A program made the translations under genes and the position numbers. This document shows, in pieces, positions 59,468 through 64,000 of a DNA stretch of 64,000 bases. The stretch is taken from the NCBI RefSeq assembly GCF_963921235.1, contig NC_086098.1, forward strand, positions 7,130,001-7,194,000, read 5' to 3'. This DNA comes from Mobula hypostoma (lineage: Eukaryota). Within the stretch, counting starts at the first letter, position 1. Each line of letters starts with the position of its first letter. The notes under the pieces were generated by a model. The model saw only the letters and a list, made by a program, of their open reading frames with translations. It did no database searches and was not told the DNA's origin.

Positions 59468-60809
59468 TAAATAGTTAAAGAATTACTTGTAATGAAATAA
59501 ATTGTCTTTACATTGCTGATTGCACAAGGAGAGGCCAAACCTATTAGCCTGAGGGCTGTAAGCTCATGTCAGTGGTTATGGTCAGTCATCAGAGAATTTA
59601 AACTCCAATATTGTGGCTGCATTCCAAAACATCTCATTTGATTTGACTTCAGAATTAAAATGAAATCTGCAAAGGCTGCAGTATAGATTGGTGCTGTACA
59701 TCACTTATCAGCAAGAAGCTGAATGAGAACAGACCTCATCAAGTTGAAATTATTCAAGCTGAAAGGGATCTGGGAAAGGAGGGAATTTTGCCAAAGATAG
59801 TCATCCTTCCTATCTGCTGGATTCAGGAGATCCCTCAGAGGAACTTTGACTAAGGACCAGGGAAAAGCTAAAAGGAATATTTCAGAGGTACTGTAGATCC
59901 CAAGTCAAAGTCATAGCAGTAGGTTACAGAATCTTCATGAATATTCTATTTGCTATGTATAAGCTGCCATCTACTCGAGCTAGAGAACTCATTGTGTTGA
60001 GCTGTTCTCTAACCTTGGCAATTTGCTTGCAGATATTCATCTTGTTCTTCTTTTACAACCTGTTTGTAAATATGAGAATAGCTCAGCCCAGCCATCAACC
60101 ACCCAAGCTACACATTTTCTGAAATATTTCCAAATAGAGAATTGCATGGGAAACCACTTGGCAAACAGATCCCAACTTTTATCACTCCTCCGGGTAACAG
60201 CTCTTCAATTGCGTATCCAAATACAGTTTAAAAATGACAACGGTTTCTGCCACATCGAAACTTTCTGGCAGCGAGTTTCAGAGACAGACACCTTTGAAAT
60301 GTTTCCCTCGCATTACCTGGTCCAAGATTAGAAAAGCCTATGAAAAGTATTGGCTACAGCCCAGTCCACCACAGTAAAAGCCTTCCCTGCCACTGATCAC
60401 ATTTACAAGGAGCATTGACACAACAAAGCAGTATCCATCATCAGGGACCCCCAGCATCCAGGCCAAGCTCTCTTCTCACTGCTGCCATCAGGAAGAAGGT
60501 ACATGAGCCTCAGGACTCACCCTACCAAGTTCAGGAATAGTTATTAACCCTCAGCCATCAGAACTAGCATAGATAATTGACTCACCTCAACACTGAACTG
60601 ATTCCACTCACTTTCAATGACTCGATAACTCATGTTCTCAGTATTATTTATTTACTGGTTATTACTATTAAAATTAGCTTAATTTTATATTTGCACAATT
60701 TGTCTTCTCTTTCTCATTGGTTGTTTGTCAGTCTTTGTGTGCAGTTTTACATTGATTCTGTTGAATTTCTTTGTTCTACTGTGAATGCCTGCAAGAAAAT
60801 TGTGTTTAG

Positions 60810-61365
60810 GCATTAGTGAGATCTAATTTGGAATATTGTGTGTAGTTTTGGTCACCTACCTACAGGAAAGATGTAAATAAGGTTGAAAGAGTACAGAGAA
60901 AACTTACAAGGATGCTGCCGGGATGGGAGGACCTGAGTTATAAAGAAAGATTGTATAGGTTTGGACTTTATTCCTTGGAACACAGAAGACTGAGAGCAGA
61001 TTTGATAGAGGTATACAAAATTATGAGGGGTGTAAAAAGGGTAACTACAGGCAGGCTTTTTCCACTGAGCTCCGGTGGGACTACAACCAGAGGTCACGGG
61101 CCAAGGGTGAAAGGCAAGAAGTTTAAGGGAAACATGAGGGGAAACTTCTTCACTCAGAGGGTCATGAGAGTGTGGAATGAGCTACCAGTGCAAATGGTGC
61201 ATATGAGCTCGATTTCAATGTTTAAGAGAAATTTGGATAGTACATGGATCATCGTGGTATGAAGGTTCTGGTGTGGGTTGATGGGAGGAGGCAATTTAAA
61301 TGGTTTGGAATGGACTAGATGGGCTAAAGGGCCTGTTTCTGTGCTGTACTTTTCTATGACTCTAT
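60810..61365 (+). mobile_element. CR1 3' fragment
   Basis: MLPGWEDLSYKERL..GNFFTQRVMRVWNELP. Confidence 0.85.
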
Positions 61366-62959
61366 ATGGTGACATACAGACATACATACTTTGATAATAA
61401 ATTTACTTTGAACTTCTCTCCTGATGTACCAATAGATACATAAGACCCCAAGACATAGGAGCAGAATTAGGCCATTTCATCATGGCTGATCCCAGATCCC
61501 ATTCAACACCATACACCTGCCTCTCACACTATCACTTGATGCCCTCACCAATCAGGAATCCATCAACTTCTGCTTTAAATATACCTACGGACTTGGCCTT
61601 CTCCACAGTCTGTGACAGAGCATTCCACAAATTCACAACCCTTTGGCTAAAAAAAATCATCCTTACTTCTGTTCTAAAAGGTCACCTCTCAGTTTGAGTT
61701 CTGGATACCCCCACCAGAGGAAACATCCTCTCCATATCCACCCTACCTAGTCCTTTCAACATTCGGTAGGTTTCAATGAGATCCCCCGGCATTCTTCTAA
61801 ATGGCAGTATATAACATGGGAACTGTGTCTTTACTTTAATTCCAGTATCATTTCCCTACATTCCCAAAAGACATAATTGAATCATTAGACTATTGAGGAC
61901 CACTATTCCCTCTAAGCTGCTAAGTTGCTGTGTAGTAACTGAAACGCTTCCATGTACATAGACTTCGTTGCGAGCAACTGGAATTGGAAGAAGCTGGAAA
62001 AGTTTACGAAAATGTGAGCTGCACAACTTTCAGGCCATGTAAAAATTTCCTGCTCAGAGCAAAGGCTGGTCTCTGAAAGTAAAGGATTAAAAGGAACATG
62101 GTTAAGGACATTAGATATCTTGATAAAAATCCCTACAAATTTAATGACACACTGACTGCTATTCTTTAGACTTCGAGTCCACCTAAACCACGTGCGAGGT
62201 TTGATCAACCAAAGCGCTGGGCCGATTTGGAAAAGTTGGCTATAGGCCAAGACCAGGCAGTGGGGTCCAGGCCAGGAGCATATCGATGTGACAGGGCCCA
62301 GGTCTTTGAGCGAGGAACAACACAATGTTTGGCAGGGCCAGATGGATTGAAAAGGCAAGGTGCTGGGACCAGAGGCGAGGGTCGGGCTGGTTCTGCTGGC
62401 TGCTCCATGATGTTTACTCTGCGCTACACTGCACTGAGGCTGAGGCTGAGGGCCTGGTCCGGCTGCTCCGGACTTTGTGTCTGAGGACTCACTTTCATTC
62501 TTAATGCTATTTGCTTACTTTTATTGTTAGCAAGATTTGTTTCTCTCTCTCTGAACATTGCGTGTTATTAATCTTTTTTTTATGGGTCTTTTTGGGATGC
62601 TCGTTTTGTGGCTGCCTGTAAGGAGACAAATCTCAAGGTTGTGTAATTTATACATACTTTGACAATAAATATACTTTTAACTTTGAAATTTGAACAGGAC
62701 TCGTTATTTAATCTCTCCAATAATTAGCTAGTTGTGTCAAAGTACGTATATGTCACCATATACTACCCGGAGATTCATTTTCTTGTGGGCATTCACAATG
62801 GAACAAAAGAAATAAAATAGCATCATTGAAAAACTACAAAGATTGACAAGTAACTAATGTGCAAAAGACAAACTGTACTAATACAAAAACAAATAATAAT
62901 AATAATGTAAATAAATAATATTGAGAACATGAGTTGTAGAGTTATTGAAAGTGAGTTAT

Positions 62960-64000
62960 ATTACTCCCCGGTAGCCCCGGTTTGTACTAATAATCATAAA
63001 TCTTTTTTCGTCTTTTTCGTGGTACTAGGCAAGGATGTCCTCTTAGTCCTTTACTATTCAATATCGCCCTTTAGCAATTGCTATCCATGACTCGCCCAAT
63101 ATTTTTGGTACTACCCGCAGAAACAAAATACATAAATTATCACTATATGCAGATGATTTGTTGTTATACATCTCTAATCTGGAGAAGTCAATTCTTGCTA
63201 TTCTAGGTTTGTTGACTCAATTTAGTAATTTTTCTGGTTACAAATTGAATCTTAATAAGTGTGAATTATTCCCCCTAAATAAGCAGGTTCCTATTTATGG
63301 ACGTTTACCATTTAAATTGGTTACTGATTCATTTATATATTTAGGGATAACAATTATGAATAAGTATAAAGATTTATTTAAAGCTAATTTTTTTACCTTT
63401 AATTGATCAGATTAAACTTTTGTTTACTAAATGGTCACCAATCTCTTTGTCTTTGATTGGTCGGATTAATGCTATTAAGATAATAATTTTGCCCAAATTT
63501 CTATATGTATTTCAATCGGTTCCAATTTTTATCCCAAAATCTTTTTTCGATAATGTTGATTCAAAAATTTCCTCATATATATGGCAGAACAAAAATCCTA
63601 GGTTAGGTAAAAGGTATTTACAGAAATCTAAAAAGGAGGGGGGGGCTTGCCCTCCCAAATTTTAGATTCTATTATTGGGCTATTAATATTTGATATTTAA
63701 AATTTTGGTTATGAGATTTGGATGTATCTTTAAATCCACATTGGGTAAATCTTGAATGTAATTCATTACAAGGGTTTTCTTTGGGTTCGATTTTAGGAAC
63801 TTCGCTTCCTTTTACTTCTTCTAAATTCTATAAACAAATGAATAATCCAATAGTTAAGCATACTTTACGTATATGGTTTCAATTCCAAAGATTTTTCGGG
63901 TTTAATCAATTTATCTTAGCAAGTCCTATTATATCTAATTTCTTTTTTCAACCTTCCACTATGGATCAAGCTTACTTTGAATGGAAAACCAAAGGTATAA
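62960..64000 (+). mobile_element. L1-clade LINE ORF2 RT region, degenerate, AT-rich, runs off the window
   Basis: RGTRQGCPLSPLLFNI, SLYADDLLLYI, SGYKLNLNKCE, YLGITI, LSLIGRINAIK..LPKFLY. Confidence 0.88.

Overview
Eukaryotic, repeat-dense vertebrate DNA, most likely a cartilaginous fish (shark or ray). This is inferred from the mix of CR1 LINEs, V-SINE/HE1-like SINEs, Rex1/Babar, Penelope-like and Tc1 elements. The only host gene I can support is the last coding exon (10149-10263) and a long, nearly TE-free putative 3'UTR of an EphA receptor, best matching EPHA7. The rest is intron and intergenic DNA filled with nested, mostly degenerate retroelements. The youngest large insertion is a 3.1-kb Penelope-like element (30411-33542): RT plus GIY-YIG ORF, inverted pseudo-LTRs, a 13-bp target duplication and minimal hammerhead ribozymes. 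The most interesting signal is non-coding. Three different short, ORF-less elements carry hand-folded HDV-like (double-pseudoknot) ribozyme topologies. In two RTE-tailed families the predicted cleavage site lies within a few bases of the element's 5' end, and L3 is unusually enlarged. All RNA folds were derived by eye and are unverified. TE boundaries are approximate unless a TSD is quoted. No CRISPR array, rRNA or genuine tRNA gene was found.
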